A stretch of 64,000 nucleotides of DNA from Octopus vulgaris (GCA_951406725.2 OX597815.1:67518001-67582000), one strand, 5' to 3'; counted from the stretch's first letter, positions 40,516-53,894 are shown. Notes: generated from the letters alone by a model not told the origin. A program made the numbers and translations.

Positions 40516-40753
40516 ATAAATATTAGGGAATGAATCCAAAATTACAGGGAAAAATCAGATTTAGGGTTAAATCCAATTTTATAGTAAAATATTATATAAC
40601 ATAATTCGAGACAAAACCACTATTTTAAAACCAAACAAGGAAAGACTTAATCAATACATAAAATTTTAATATAAATTAAATAAATAAAATAAATAAATAC
40701 ATTATATATATATATATGCATATATTTATATATATACATTATATATATATATA

Positions 40754-40860
40754 CCGTACTTGATGGCCTACAAGACTCACCTATTTTTACCCCAAAATGG
40801 CTTTAAAAATCCCCCTGCGTCCAATGTCCACACATGCACACACGCACGCACACACGCACG

Positions 40861-40892
<32 letters not shown>

Positions 40893-41182
40893 TTGATGGC
40901 CTACACGACTCACCATTTTTTACCCCAAAATGTCTTTAAAAAACCCACTGCGTCCAATGCACTCAATGTAGGCTCAAAACGGTATGTATGTTTACAAAAC
41001 GTGTGCTTCCATCTATTGGTGAACAATCGCCTATGATTGATTTGATTATATCGAATGTGGATGCAAATAATTGCTTATAAGTACCGGTAATAACATAAAG
41101 TTATACAGGTTAAGTGGAGGAATTAAAACGTTATTTTGATGGTAATTTGTTTTACAAAAGTATAGCCTGACATCAAATACGG
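40754..41182. mobile_element. TA-flanked MITE with CCGTA-type termini (Tc2/pogo-like)
   Basis: TA|CCGTACTTGATG ... CATCAAATACGG|TA; the 5' ~70 bp is duplicated at ~40889-40960. Confidence 0.65.
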
Positions 41183-41283
41183 TATCCATCCATCCATCCA
41201 TCCATCCATCGATCCATCGATCCATACATACATACATACATACACACATACTTACTTACATGCGTGCATACATGCATACATAA

Positions 41284-41396
<113 letters not shown>

Positions 41397-41431
41397 TACA
41401 TACATGTATACATGCATACATGCATACATAC

Positions 41432-41476
<45 letters not shown>

Positions 41477-41583
41477 GTATCATGCCAGATTTTTACATGG
41501 TAAAACTGCAACTTTGTTTTGTTTTCTTTTCACTATGCAGTTCATTTTGTACCAACCTTACACAAAAGAGAGAGAAAAAAAGA

Positions 41584-41646
<63 letters not shown>

Positions 41647-41871
41647 CGAGAGCGAAAGAGAGTGAGGGAGAGAAGGAAAGAGAAGAATAAAAATATGAAG
41701 AATTATACATTTTTTCAGTTAGCTTACGCACTTTCGGGTAGATTGGTAAATTCCTAAGTTTTGCGATGCAGTAATCATTTGTATTAATCGATGCAATATT
41801 TGACCCAATAAGATTCTAAGATAGAGAAATTAAACAGCATTCTATCTTTATCCTAGTCAAACAACTCTACT

Positions 41872-42106
41872 TCAAATAGAGCGGTTGAAATGCCTACTTG
41901 AAATAGCCACCGATATTATCCAAGGGAAATGCAAATGTCGATACAGCTTGGCACCAGTGACATCGTAGCTCATTCTTACAGCTGAGTGAACTGGAGTAAC
42001 GTGAAATAAATTGTCTTGCTCAAGAACACAACATAGCCCGGTCAGGGAATCGAACTTACTACCTGATGATTGTGAGTGCGACTCTCTAACTACTGAGCTA
42101 TGCGCC
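41872..42106 (-). mobile_element. Third tRNA-derived SINE type
   Basis: Reverse complement GGCGCATAGCTCAGTAGTTAGAG (A box)...GTTCGATTCC (B box)...TGTGTTCTTGAGCAAGAC...CTCCAGTTCACTCAGCTG. Confidence 0.8.
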
Positions 42107-42298
42107 ATGCACTAGAACATCATGGTTAAATCATCAGGTCAACTCTGCCTGGACATATCACACTAATTTGTAAATGTTTAGTATGTAGACTGATAGCAGA
42201 GTCCGTACCAAGAGCTTACTATGATAGCTACCGATTCTCTAAATCCATAACTTGTGCGACGCATGTATATATATATATGAAGAGAGAGACAGAGATAC

Positions 42299-43343
42299 AG
42301 GCAAAGAAAGGGAGAAAGAACAGTTAAAACCAACACCATGCGTGTTGAATGGCCGTTGTTTTTAGAAATAAAAATATAATAAAAACAAACGGACTTTTCT
42401 CCTTGGTACGAAAACGATGTAAGGCGGGCGAGATAAATGAAGTTACTGTAGTCAATACAAAACTAGTTTCGCATTTAATTTACAAACTAAATAATTCAAT
42501 TTAAAGAAAAAATAATTTAATTTAGAAGCACATTTTACGATCTTCAGTTGTATATACCATATTTTAAGAAGAAATATATCTATAAACTGTATTTACCTTC
42601 ATTTATCCACATCAATTCGTAACGCAAGGTATTCAAACGGCCATTCAATACGCATGGAACTGGCTTTAACTGCTCTTTCTCCTTCTCTTTGCCTTTATAT
42701 ATATATACATACACATAATTTGCCGCTATCAGTCCAGCAACAGATTATAAAGCATATTTGAATATAAATGAAGTTTGTTTCTTCTCCCTCTTTCACTTTT
42801 TTCAATATATTGAATACTTTGGGTTACAAATTGATGTGCATAAATGAAGGTAAATATTTTTATAGTTATTTATATTTTTTCTTAAAATATGGTATATACA
42901 ACTGAAGATCGTAAAATGCGCTTCTAAATTACATTAATTTTTAAAAATTGAATTATTGAGTTTGTACATTAAACGTGAAAGTAGTATTGTATTGACCACA
43001 GTAACTGAAAAAATAAACTTCATTTATCTCGCCCGCCTTGCATCATTTTCGTACCAAGGAGAAAAGTCCGTTTGTTTTTATTTTATTTTAAAAAACAACG
43101 GCCATTCAACACGCACGGAGTTGGCTTTAATTGCTCTTTCTCCCCATCTTTGTCTTTGCCATGATAGATCGTTAGCTCCTACACGCATTTTTTTCTTTCC
43201 TTGTTTTTTTCTGTGTATCTTTCTGTCGAAGAGCGTAGGCTCGAAACGTAAAAGACTTTTTCTATTCCTGAGCGCTATACTAATACATTTGTTTGTTTGT
43301 ACTCCCCTTGCCTTCATCTTTTGTTTATTTTCGTAAACTTTCC

Positions 43344-43402
<59 letters not shown>

Positions 43403-43490
43403 CATAATTTGCGTTATCGGCGCAGCGACAGATTAGAAAGCGTGTTTGAATGTGGATGAAGAAGTTTATTTCTTCTCCCTCTTTCACTGT
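42299..43490. repeat. Complex diverged inverted/direct duplication
   Basis: 42299-42637 is reverse-complement-homologous to ~42810-43155; ~42637-42800 recurs at ~43097-43155 plus ~43402-43490. Confidence 0.8.
43160..43350 (+). mobile_element. Short repeat with variant hammerhead-like fold
   Basis: TCTTT-CTGTCGAA-GAGC-GTAG-GCTC-GAAA-CG-TA-AAAGA at 43218-43255; homologous to 17586-17722. Confidence 0.55.
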
Positions 43491-44149
43491 TATATATATA
43501 TATATAAGCTTTCATTCACGTGTTTATGTTTATATGCATATGTATGTGCGTGTGTGTGTGTATAGAGACTAGGTTTGGGAGATGAAAATGCACCTGGATT
43601 TTAAGAATATTTTTAAGAATATTTTTTTAATAATCTCACCCATATGATGGTATGCACCCATCATTTCCACGCTATTTGGCTGTTGCAATATTTTCATAAT
43701 CCAGCAATGTTGCGTCTCTGATGTTTGGACAATAAGTGTTGATTAAGTATCTTGCACTACTTACTTAATAAGCTCCTTATTTTAGCGAAACGAACGTAAA
43801 ATGGTGTATCTAAATATCTTATAAACAATCTCTCATGTTTCGCTCTTTCCTACACACACGTAGTAAACATGTACGCATGAATGAAACTCAATGAAAACTA
43901 TACACATAAACATCAATGGCATTTTAAACATATTAATGTTCACGAGAGACATGATGCATAAATTGTTTTTGAGTTGGGAGGGTCATTATGCCAATAATAC
44001 ACACACATCTATTCGTAAAGCATTTAATCAATTAACTAATCGATTGTTTGATTAATCATCCGATGTATCAAACTAATCGATTGATCGATCGACTTATCAA
44101 ATAATCGATCAGTTAATTCGTTAAATGGTGAACTAATATCAACAAGGAA

Positions 44150-44201
44150 AATAATAATAATAATAATAGTAATAATAATAACAATAATAATAATAATAAT
44201 C

Positions 44202-44295
<94 letters not shown>
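44150..44295. repeat. (TAA)n tract, insertion site of the LINE
   Basis: Direct reading. Confidence 0.95.
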
Positions 44296-44296
<1 letters not shown>

Positions 44297-46945
44297 CCTC
44301 CCATGGAAGAAGTTCAAAACTTTTGGAAAAGGCCCTCCCATGGAAGAAGTTCAAAACTTTTGGAAAAGGATTTGGAGTGACAAGAAGACGTACAACATAA
44401 ATGCAGACTGGATTATACAAACTGAAGGAACCTACCAAAATTTACAACAACAAGCATGGGAAGACATCACAATAGCAGACCTAAGAAAGGCACTCACGAA
44501 GGCCCATAATTGGAAATCCCCCGGTAAAGATAGGGTGCCGAATTTCTGGCTCGCATCGCTCCCGTGCGCACACGGTAAGCTAGTTCAGCTGCTCAATGGA
44601 ATTATGAGAGACCCAAAGAAAACACCTGAATGGTTAGCAAGTGGCATTACTTACCTACTCCCAAAGAATAACGAAACCAACCTTCCAAAAAACTATCGGC
44701 CTATAACCTGTCTATCCACCACGTATAAAATCCTAACATCTATCCTGGCGGAGAAAACATATGCATTCATGGAGAAGAACGATATTTTCCCCATTGAACA
44801 AAAAGGGTGCCGCCGGGGCTCTTACGGATGCAAAGATCAACTGCTAATCAATCGTATGATCCTTGAGAACTGTCACAACAAGCGCAGAAATCTCAGCACC
44901 GCATGGATTGACTATAAAAAGGCCTTCGACAGTATACCGCATCCATGGATCTTGAGATCGCTGGACATCTTCAAAATTTCTCCTGTGATTTCAAACTTCC
45001 TGAAGCACAATATGTCGTTGTGGAATACGAATCTCCAATTATACCACTCTAATGGAGTACTTGCCTCAGAAAATATAAACATCAACTGTGGAATTTTTCA
45101 AGGTGACTCACTTTCACCTTTAATATTCTGCATAGCCCTAATACCCCTTACAAGTGAATTAAACAGAACAGGGTATGGGTATAAAATTGCCAATAAAAAA
45201 ATAAGCCACCTATTTTATATGGATGACTTAAAACTTTATGGTAAAGACAATAATGAACTTGAAGGCCTATTGCGCACCGTGAAATCATTCAGCGATGACA
45301 TCGGGATGGAGTTTGGACTTGAGAAGTGTGCCAAGGCCACTTTCCAGAAAGGGAAAGTGAAGACCACAAATTCAGTCGTGTTAGATGTTGACACAGTCAT
45401 AAGAGAGCTTGAGCAAGAACAAACATACAAATATTTAGGGATAAATGAAGGCTCTGGTATTCAGCATGCAAGCATGAAAGAGAAAATCAGGAAGGAATGT
45501 TATAGGAGAGTTCGTGCAGTCCTGAAATCTGAACTAAATGCACGTAACAAGGTGTTAGCTATAAATTCCCTAGCAGTTCTAGTTGTTACTTATAGCTACA
45601 ATGTGTTGAACTGGAATATGAGTGAAGTAAAGAATATAGATAGAAAAATACGCAAGCTGCTGAGTTGTAATAGGATGCACCACCCAAAGGCAGACGTAGA
45701 TCGCCTTTACCTTCCCAGAGCCCAAGGAGGTCGAGGCCTGATCCAATTTGAACTAGCTTACAAAACAACCACAATTGGACTGGCCAAATATCTCGAAATA
45801 TCGAATGACTGGATGCTAAAGCTCGTGGAAAATCACGAGAGACGAAAGAAGCTTCATTCTATCATCAAGGAAAGCAAAAAATTTGCTATTGATCTCGTGC
45901 AGGATACCCAAACTGAACAACCCGAGGGAAGTACGGCAACTATTGTTGCAAAGAAGGTGAAAATGATGGCAATGAAAAAAGCGCACGAGCAATTGGCTGA
46001 TAGGTGGGAGGAGAAACCTCTGCACGGCAAATATGTGACCCGCAGCAAACAAGCTGATGTTGACCAGAAGCAAACCCATCAGTGGCTGCGGAGCTCAGGG
46101 CTAAAAGCAGAGAGCGAAGATTTCATCCTGGCTGCTCAAGACCAAAGCCTATCAACCCGGAACTACCAGGCCAATGTGATGAAAAATGGAGCAGACCCAA
46201 AATGCCGATTCTGCAACGACATGATTGAAACAGTGGACCACCTAATCTCTGGATGTAAAGTCTTAGCACCAGTGGAGTATAAATTAAGACATGACAGAGT
46301 TGGCCAATATCTCCACTGGCTAATAAGTCGGCATTACAATATCAAAACTGCCGACAAGTGGTATAATCACCACCCTGAGGCTGTAACTGAAGGAGAAAAT
46401 GTAACCATTCTGTGGGACTTTCCAGTACATACAGACCGAACCATCAAGGCCAATAAACCAGATATTGTTGTGAAAGACCAAAACAATAAAGTTTGCTTAT
46501 TGATCGACATGAGCATCCCCTGTGATCATAATATCTCAGCGAAAGAGTTTGACAAGCTCAGAAAATATAAAGACCTACTCATTGAAATTGAGAAAATGTG
46601 GCATCTCAAGGCGGTTACAATACCAGTGATCGTAGGAGCACTAGGAATGATCAAGAAGGGAACCGAAAATTATATGAGAATGATCCCTGGCTTACCATCC
46701 CTGCAAGAAGTGCAAAAGATTGTCTTAACTGGTACATCACACGTATTGAGAAGAGCATTGTCGATGTGAGAACTGTTGCTGCTCATGTATTTTAATTTAA
46801 CTTTAAAAAAAATTAAAAAAATGAACGAACTACTGAGTTTGGTTTAATGGCCTACCAATATACACTATGAGTTTCTTTGCCCTAGGAGTCGGGAAGACAC
46901 TCGGCAAGAAATGGAAGAAAATTTGAAAGAAGAAAAAAAAAAGTA
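44296..46945 (+). mobile_element. Young 5'-truncated R4/Dong-clade non-LTR retrotransposon
   Basis: (TAA)n on both sides, intact ORF, ~175-bp 3' UTR shared with 50420-50500 and 61760-61852. Confidence 0.95.
44340..46769 (+). CDS. Retrotransposon polyprotein: reverse transcriptase, CCHC zinc knuckle and restriction-like endonuclease (N-terminus missing)
   Basis: 809 aa with no stop; NYRPITCL, IDYKKAFDS, GIFQGDSLSPL, FYMDDLK, CRFC-x8-H-x4-C, RHD, KPDIVV...IDMSIP...KLRKY. Confidence 0.93.
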   Translation: MEEVQNFWKRIWSDKKTYNINADWIIQTEGTYQNLQQQAWEDITIADLRKALTKAHNWKSPGKDRVPNFWLASLPCAHGKLVQLLNGIMRDPKKTPEWLASGITYLLPKNNETNLPKNYRPITCLSTTYKILTSILAEKTYAFMEKNDIFPIEQKGCRRGSYGCKDQLLINRMILENCHNKRRNLSTAWIDYKKAFDSIPHPWILRSLDIFKISPVISNFLKHNMSLWNTNLQLYHSNGVLASENININCGIFQGDSLSPLIFCIALIPLTSELNRTGYGYKIANKKISHLFYMDDLKLYGKDNNELEGLLRTVKSFSDDIGMEFGLEKCAKATFQKGKVKTTNSVVLDVDTVIRELEQEQTYKYLGINEGSGIQHASMKEKIRKECYRRVRAVLKSELNARNKVLAINSLAVLVVTYSYNVLNWNMSEVKNIDRKIRKLLSCNRMHHPKADVDRLYLPRAQGGRGLIQFELAYKTTTIGLAKYLEISNDWMLKLVENHERRKKLHSIIKESKKFAIDLVQDTQTEQPEGSTATIVAKKVKMMAMKKAHEQLADRWEEKPLHGKYVTRSKQADVDQKQTHQWLRSSGLKAESEDFILAAQDQSLSTRNYQANVMKNGADPKCRFCNDMIETVDHLISGCKVLAPVEYKLRHDRVGQYLHWLISRHYNIKTADKWYNHHPEAVTEGENVTILWDFPVHTDRTIKANKPDIVVKDQNNKVCLLIDMSIPCDHNISAKEFDKLRKYKDLLIEIEKMWHLKAVTIPVIVGALGMIKKGTENYMRMIPGLPSLQEVQKIVLTGTSHVLRRALSM

Positions 46946-47477
46946 ATAATAATAATAATAACAATAATCAAAACCAATGCATGTGTTTATTATTGGCATA
47001 ATGACCCTTTCGAGAGGTAATAAAATATGTGTGAGCATGCGAGTTCATATCAAGCATTTGCAAACCAAATACAAAAACATATATACATACATAAAAGCAA
47101 ACATATATGTATGTATCTCTGTCTGTCTCTCTCTATATATACTTGTATATATATATAGAGTATATATTAATTAAATACATGTATCCATTAATCGTAAATT
47201 AACCATATATAATTAGTAAAATCCAAATGCATTCTATACAAGAAAAAAAGCTTAGATTTCCAAATTACAGAATGAAAGAACAAAAGATATTTCTTGAATA
47301 ATTATATGTTAATAGGGGGTTATTTTAATAAACAAAATAATCAGCATTCTATAGATTTTTTCTTACGTATCATAATTACAAATTAATAAATATCTTCAAA
47401 CAAGGTTTTTTTTTACTTCACACTAGATTGAATTTCTTCTTCACGACATAGTTATTTGTTATAATAGTTAACATAAG

Positions 47478-47630
47478 AGGCGAGCTGGAAGAGTTGTTAA
47501 CACTCCGAACAAACTGCTTACCAACATTACTTCCAGCTTTACATTTTGAGTTCAAAATCCACAGAGGGCACTTTGCCTTTCATCTTTTGCGTGATTGATA
47601 AAATAATATCCCACTTGAGAACAGAAATCA
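47478..47630 (+). mobile_element. SINE family A, diverged
   Basis: GGCGAGCTGGAAGAGTTGTTAAC...GAGTTCAAA...CTTTGCCTTTCATC. Confidence 0.7.
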
Positions 47631-47735
47631 ATGAAAATGACATTGCCCGTCATCTAAAATCGCTATCCTTTTCTCAAAGTTTGAAAGCATTATAACTGAC
47701 TTAATTTTAAAATCCTCGTCAGTTAAATTTAATTC

Positions 47736-48291
<556 letters not shown>

Positions 48292-48582
48292 TTTCAACGA
48301 TCCTAAGGCTCTGAAAACATTCTACTTATTGAGAAAGTTTAAGGTTTCTGCTTCTAAACTCACTTTTAGATTGTAAATTTTATTTATCTATTTTAACATT
48401 CATGCTTGAAAATGCTTGTGAGGGATTATACTTGAACAGTTTTCCGAGGATTTACATCAAACACAGCCCGAACTAGCAGAGAAATATTTCTACAACGTGG
48501 AAATGAGGATTGGCTCAATTTCTCAGAGATTCCAAAATAGAAAGTACAAAGGAAAATTAAGTACAAATATTTACAAACATAG

Positions 48583-48622
<40 letters not shown>

Positions 48623-48914
48623 ATTTTTTTATCCGTATCCAATTAAGATGTGAATGTTTTAAGGAAATTACTTTGCATTTTAATAAACAGAGAAAGAGAG
48701 GGAGAGAGAGAGAGAAAGAGGGAGAGAGTGAGTTTTGCATTGAAACTGATACTCGAGTCGCTAAAAAATCTGTTTCAGTTTCAAAAGGAAAAAATAACTA
48801 CCACAGCTTCAACATTTATTGAAGACTCATTTCTCATTCGTTCGACAAAGCGACGTGTGTACATCCCCCTCTCACATATACACACACGTGTATATATGTG
48901 TTGATTATTATTAC

Positions 48915-48959
<45 letters not shown>

Positions 48960-48960
<1 letters not shown>

Positions 48961-50250
48961 GACATCGCACAATATCGTGAGGTTGATTGAAGATATTGTA
49001 TATACCGGGGATTTGTACTGTTTGTCATGTCACAACTAAGAGCTCAGACAGACAGTACTTTGCACAATATGCGTGCAGTTCCAAGTAATGCCAACTTTTG
49101 CAATACATCTAGATTGCAGGATATCTCTAAGGCTTTCAGATATTTTTTTCAGATTGAGTGGTATTGAACCCAATGCTCCGATGACAATAGGGATAACCTT
49201 TATGTTCGACTCTCGTAGCTGCCACATCTTAACGATCTCAATGTTCAGGTCTCCATATTTATGAATTTTTTTCTTTCTTTTATGATGAAGTGTTGATCTT
49301 CTGGCGCTGCTACGTTGATTATTAGGCACTCTTGTTTGTCCCTCCTAAAGGTTACTATATCAGGCCTCGGTGCTCTAACACTTTGTCTGTCTGGAAATCA
49401 AAGTCCCAGAGAATTTTTGCCTTCCCCTTTTTGTCCATTACCTTTTCCTGTGTGTTGGTACCAAGCACCCGTAACATTGTATCTATACTTATGGCATAGT
49501 AGCCAGTGGAGATTTTGGACTACTGTTTCCGCGCAAGACTTTCACAGGCACTAACAATATGAATCACACTTTCGACCCTCTAGCTACCGATTCTACAGAG
49601 GTCCGATGCACTTGTGTGGTATATATTCTTTTACTCTGAGTTGGTATTCAATGCCTGGTCCTGGGCCGCGATGATTAGGCTTTCAGCATTCTTTTTTAGG
49701 TCACCCTTCTGGAGCCACCTTCATGATGCTCCCTGGTCTTTTAATTTATTGGTTTCACGGTGGAATTGACCATACGGTATAGGGTCTCTTCTTTCTCGTT
49801 GGCTGTTCTTGTTCAGAATTCATGAGCACTCGCAATTCCATTTTTGTTAACTCCTTCTGCACTAGCAGCATACTGTAGTCTGTCTTCTTTGCTGTTTACC
49901 AAATATTCTGCCATGTTTCTTCTTTCACTGTTCATGCACTCCCGTACACTAATCAGCCCACGTTCACCCTTACCTCTCTTCATGTTGAGCTTGTGTACAT
50001 TTGCCTTAGGGTGGAGGGCACCATGCATTGTCATTGTCATTCGAGTAGTGCTATTGAGTCGGTCAATCTCTGCTTGTGTCCATCTCAAAATGGGTGCAAT
50101 ATAGCAGACTACAACAACAGTCCATATGTTCATGGCAGCCACAGGGTTCTTTGAGTTGAGCTTTGATTTCAAGAGGAGTTTGAGGCGCTTGAAATATGCA
50201 GCAAGGCTATCACAAATAACAGAGGTGAACAAGAGTCGCCTTGGATGGAT
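48960..50250 (-). mobile_element. Dong-type LINE, decayed 3' half (distinct subfamily)
   Basis: LLKSKLNSKN...ALHPKANVHKL...RGL and KYGDLNIEIVKMW...IPIVIGALG; 3' end abuts (TTA)n at 48904-48959. Confidence 0.88.
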
Positions 50251-50325
50251 ATAATAATAATAATAATGATAATAATAATAATAGTCTCCTAAAACAAGAG
50301 TTGTTCGATTCTTGTTCAAGGGGAC

Positions 50326-50419
<94 letters not shown>

Positions 50420-50421
<2 letters not shown>

Positions 50422-50904
50422 GTCTTTTCCTTCTTTCTTCAAATTTTCTTCCGTTTCTCGCCGAGTGTTTTCCATACACCTAGGGCAGAGAAGGGCATTG
50501 TATGCATTCCCAGATTACATGCGCAAATTCACATATAAAATATGCATTTAAAAATTAATAAATAAATAAATTCATGGATGAATGTTATTTTCACAACGAT
50601 AATGCTCTTCTCAGTACATGAGCCGTTCCAGTTAATACGATTTTTTGCACTTCCTGTAGGGATGGTAAGCCTGGAATCATTTTCAAATAGGTTTCAGTAC
50701 CTTCTTTTTATCATTCATAGAGATCCTACAATCACTGGTACTGTAGTCGCATTGAGATGCCACATTTTTTCAATTTCTATTAGCAGGTCTTTATATTTAT
50801 TAATATTGTCAAATTCTTTCGCCGCTATATTGTGATCACAGGGAATACTCATGTCAATTAATAAACACATCCTTTTTGTCTGATCTTTTATAATAATATC
50901 CGGT
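50420..50904 (-). mobile_element. Dong-type LINE 3' fragment, same family as 44296-46945
   Basis: Encodes DIIIKDQ...CLLIDMSIPCDHNIAAKEFD...KYKDLLIEIEKMWHL; 3' UTR matches 46880-46945; (TTA)n on both sides. Confidence 0.9.
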
Positions 50905-50929
50905 TATTATTATTATTATTATTATTATT

Positions 50930-53796
50930 CTATGTTTGACTTTTGCTTTATATTTGTACAAGTTGGCTCCAAGTCTCACCCAGAGACCTCAAGAGACAAC
51001 AGGGTTGGAAGTTCATGTTGTTGTTATACCTAGTGTGCCATATATTTTGGGGGTGGGGTGTTGTACTAATGAATGTCTAAAAAAAAAAAAATTTTTTTTT
51101 TTTTTTTAAACCGAAAATTATGTTTGTTTTAAACCTTGAGATTACATAGAAAGTATTTTGCGTAGGATATGAGCAGTTCCCATGAGCACTATCTTTTGAA
51201 TTTCTGCCATTTTTGGGTTTCCTGGTATCTGAGTTAGGTAGCTATCTGCCCCTTTTGCTATCATTCCCAGGGCACCTATGACAACAGGTATTGTTTTAGT
51301 CTTCAGCTTCCACATTTTGCTGATTTCTATTTCAAGATCTTTATATTTGCTCAGTTTTTGGTAGGTCTTGACAGATACGTTTATATCGATTGGGACAGTC
51401 ATATCAATAAGGAGGCATGTTCTTTGTTTGAAGTCTTTCAATATGATGTCTGGCCTATTTGCATCTATCTTTCTGTCAGTTTGAGTGGCGAAGTTCCAGA
51501 GGAGTGAGATGTGGTCATTTTCAAGCACTGGGGTGGTTTGTGTTCCCACCAGTTTTTTTCATGGGGCAAATCCAGGTTTTTACAGATTACCCAGTGAATA
51601 TATTGTGCAGCTCTATCGTGCCTGTTGAGATATTCTGTAGGCGCTAGAAGACTGCACTTGGAGACCACATGGTCAATGGTTTCATTTTGTTGCTTGCATA
51701 CACGACACGTTGGACTGCTTCTGATCTTTAATATGTTGGCCTGGTAGTTTCTTGTTGGTAGGCATTGATCTTGAGCTGCTAAGATAAACCCCTCTGTTTC
51801 AGATTTTAAGCCAGAGGCCATTAGCCATTGATGGGTCAGGGCTTTGTCAACATCTGCATTATTTGCTCTCTTTGGGTATTTGCCATAGAGAGGTTTTTCT
51901 TGCCATTTATCATTCAGAATATCTAAGGCCGCAGATTTAGCACGGGTTTTCATGCGCTTAGCTTTTTCTGTGCCTGTTTCTTGTATGTCTATCTCTAATT
52001 CCGAAATTTGTTGTATTCGGAATTCACTTAGATATTCCTTTGCCTGTTTTGTTACTGAGTATGATGCTTTCTTGTTTTCATGTTTTGAGACAAGTTTTAA
52101 CATCCAGTCCTCAGAGTTTTTCAGGTAGGTGTCTAGGCCAATTGTAGCAATCTTCATTGTTATTGCCAGTTGTAAAAGTCCACGGCCTCCCTCTTGGCAG
52201 ATAAAGTCGTTCTGTATCTGCCTTAGGGTGGTGCATTCTATGCATTGTCAACAGTTTTCGTATTTTTCTGTCAAGATTACATATTTCAGTAATTGACCAG
52301 TTAACGATACTGAAACTGTAAGTCACGACTGGTATGGCTAATGCATTTATAGCTTCGATCCTGTTTCTCGCATTCAGCTCTGTCTTGAGTATTGCTCTTA
52401 CTCTGCGATAGCATTCTTTCCTGATCCTTTCCTTCATCTCTGAATGCCTTATTCCTTCTCTTTCAATTACCCCTAGATACTTGTAGTTCTCTGCTGGGTC
52501 TAATTCTTTTATGACATTCTGCTGGTCAAGGTTAACGTTAGATGTTTCTGTCATTTTTCCTGTGATAAAGGTAGCTTTTGCGCATTTATCGAGGCCAAAT
52601 TGCATTCTGATGTCATCACTGAATTGTTTGACAATCGCTAGTAAGCCCTTGAGTTGTTGGTCATTTTTTGCAAAGAGCTTTAAATCATCCATGTAAATGA
52701 GATGATTTATATTTTTATCAAACATTTTATATCCGTACTGCGCATCATTGAGCAGTTTTGAGAGAGGTATTAAGGCTAAACAGAAGAGGAGCGGTGATAG
52801 TGAATCACCCTGGAAAATGCCACATGAAATTTTTACATCACCAGCATTTAGAGATTCATTGTCACTGTTCAAAGTTAGTGTGGTTCTCCATGATCTCATA
52901 CTTACAGACAAAAAGTTTCGCAGAGCAGGTGCTATCTTATACATTTCTAGGCATTTATTAATCCAGCTATGTGGTAGGCTATCAAAAGCCTTTTTATAGT
53001 CTATCCAGGCTATTGATAAGTTTTTGTGTCGTTTGTGACAATCTTCTAAGATCATCTTATTGATGAGTAGTTGATCTTTACAACCGTAGGATCCACGTTT
53101 ACATCCTTTCTGTTCATTAGGGAATATGCTGCTGTCTGTCAAAAAACTATAGGTATATTCCGTCAGGACAGATGTTAGTGTTTTATACATAGTTGTTAAG
53201 CAGGTTATGGGTCTATAGTTTTTGGGTTCATTTGTTTCTTCACTTTTTGGAAGCAGGAATGTTAACCCATTAACTAGCCAAGGAGGCATCCTACTAGGGT
53301 GTTGCAAAACATCATTGTAAAGTTCTGCTAGCAGTTCATGGCTCTCTGGGAAGGCATTCAACCAAAAGTTAGGGATTTTATCCTTTCCTGGAGACTTCCA
53401 TTTGCTTGACCTCCTGAGAGCAGATCTTATATCTTCTACCTTGACACCCTCCCACTTTTGCTCTTCTAAGGAGTCCAGTTCTTTAGATATTCTATCAATC
53501 CAGGGGCCTTTTCGCTGTGTGTTTTTTCTTCTGCCCAAATTTTATTCCAAAATCCCTGCACTTCTTCTTTTGATGGTACAGACTTTACAGTAACTGTTGT
53601 TTTTCCTATCTTCCTGTAAAAATGTTTGGGGTTATTTTTGAACATGTTGTTGTCCCTGTAGAATCTAATACGCTTTTCATACCTCGCTATGCGGGCAGCT
53701 TTAGCAGATACCTTTTGCTTGATGGTTTCTATGGTGGCATCAATATCAAGTACAGTTTTCATATTATATTTTTTCATTAGTTTTTGGGTTTTTGGG

Positions 53797-53798
<2 letters not shown>
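50930..53798 (-). mobile_element. Dong-type LINE, 5'-truncated, ORF split by three frameshifts
   Basis: Overlapping ORFs 53466-53912, 52111-53538, 51465-52157 and 51142-51549 reconstruct RT (YMDD), CRVC..H..C, RHD and RPD..D..K; (TTA)n at 50905-50928 and 53799-53867. Confidence 0.95.
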
Positions 53799-53855
<57 letters not shown>

Positions 53856-53894
53856 CATTATTATTATTGTTGTTGTTGTTGTTGTTGTTATTAA

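Noticed and set aside
41872-42106. tRNA gene-like heads here and at 47865 and 7480
   Set aside because: A/B boxes run into SINE bodies; no complete cloverleaf
45236-46079. Antisense ORFs inside the LINE (also 52511-52999)
   Set aside because: Short shadow frames of the RT coding sequence
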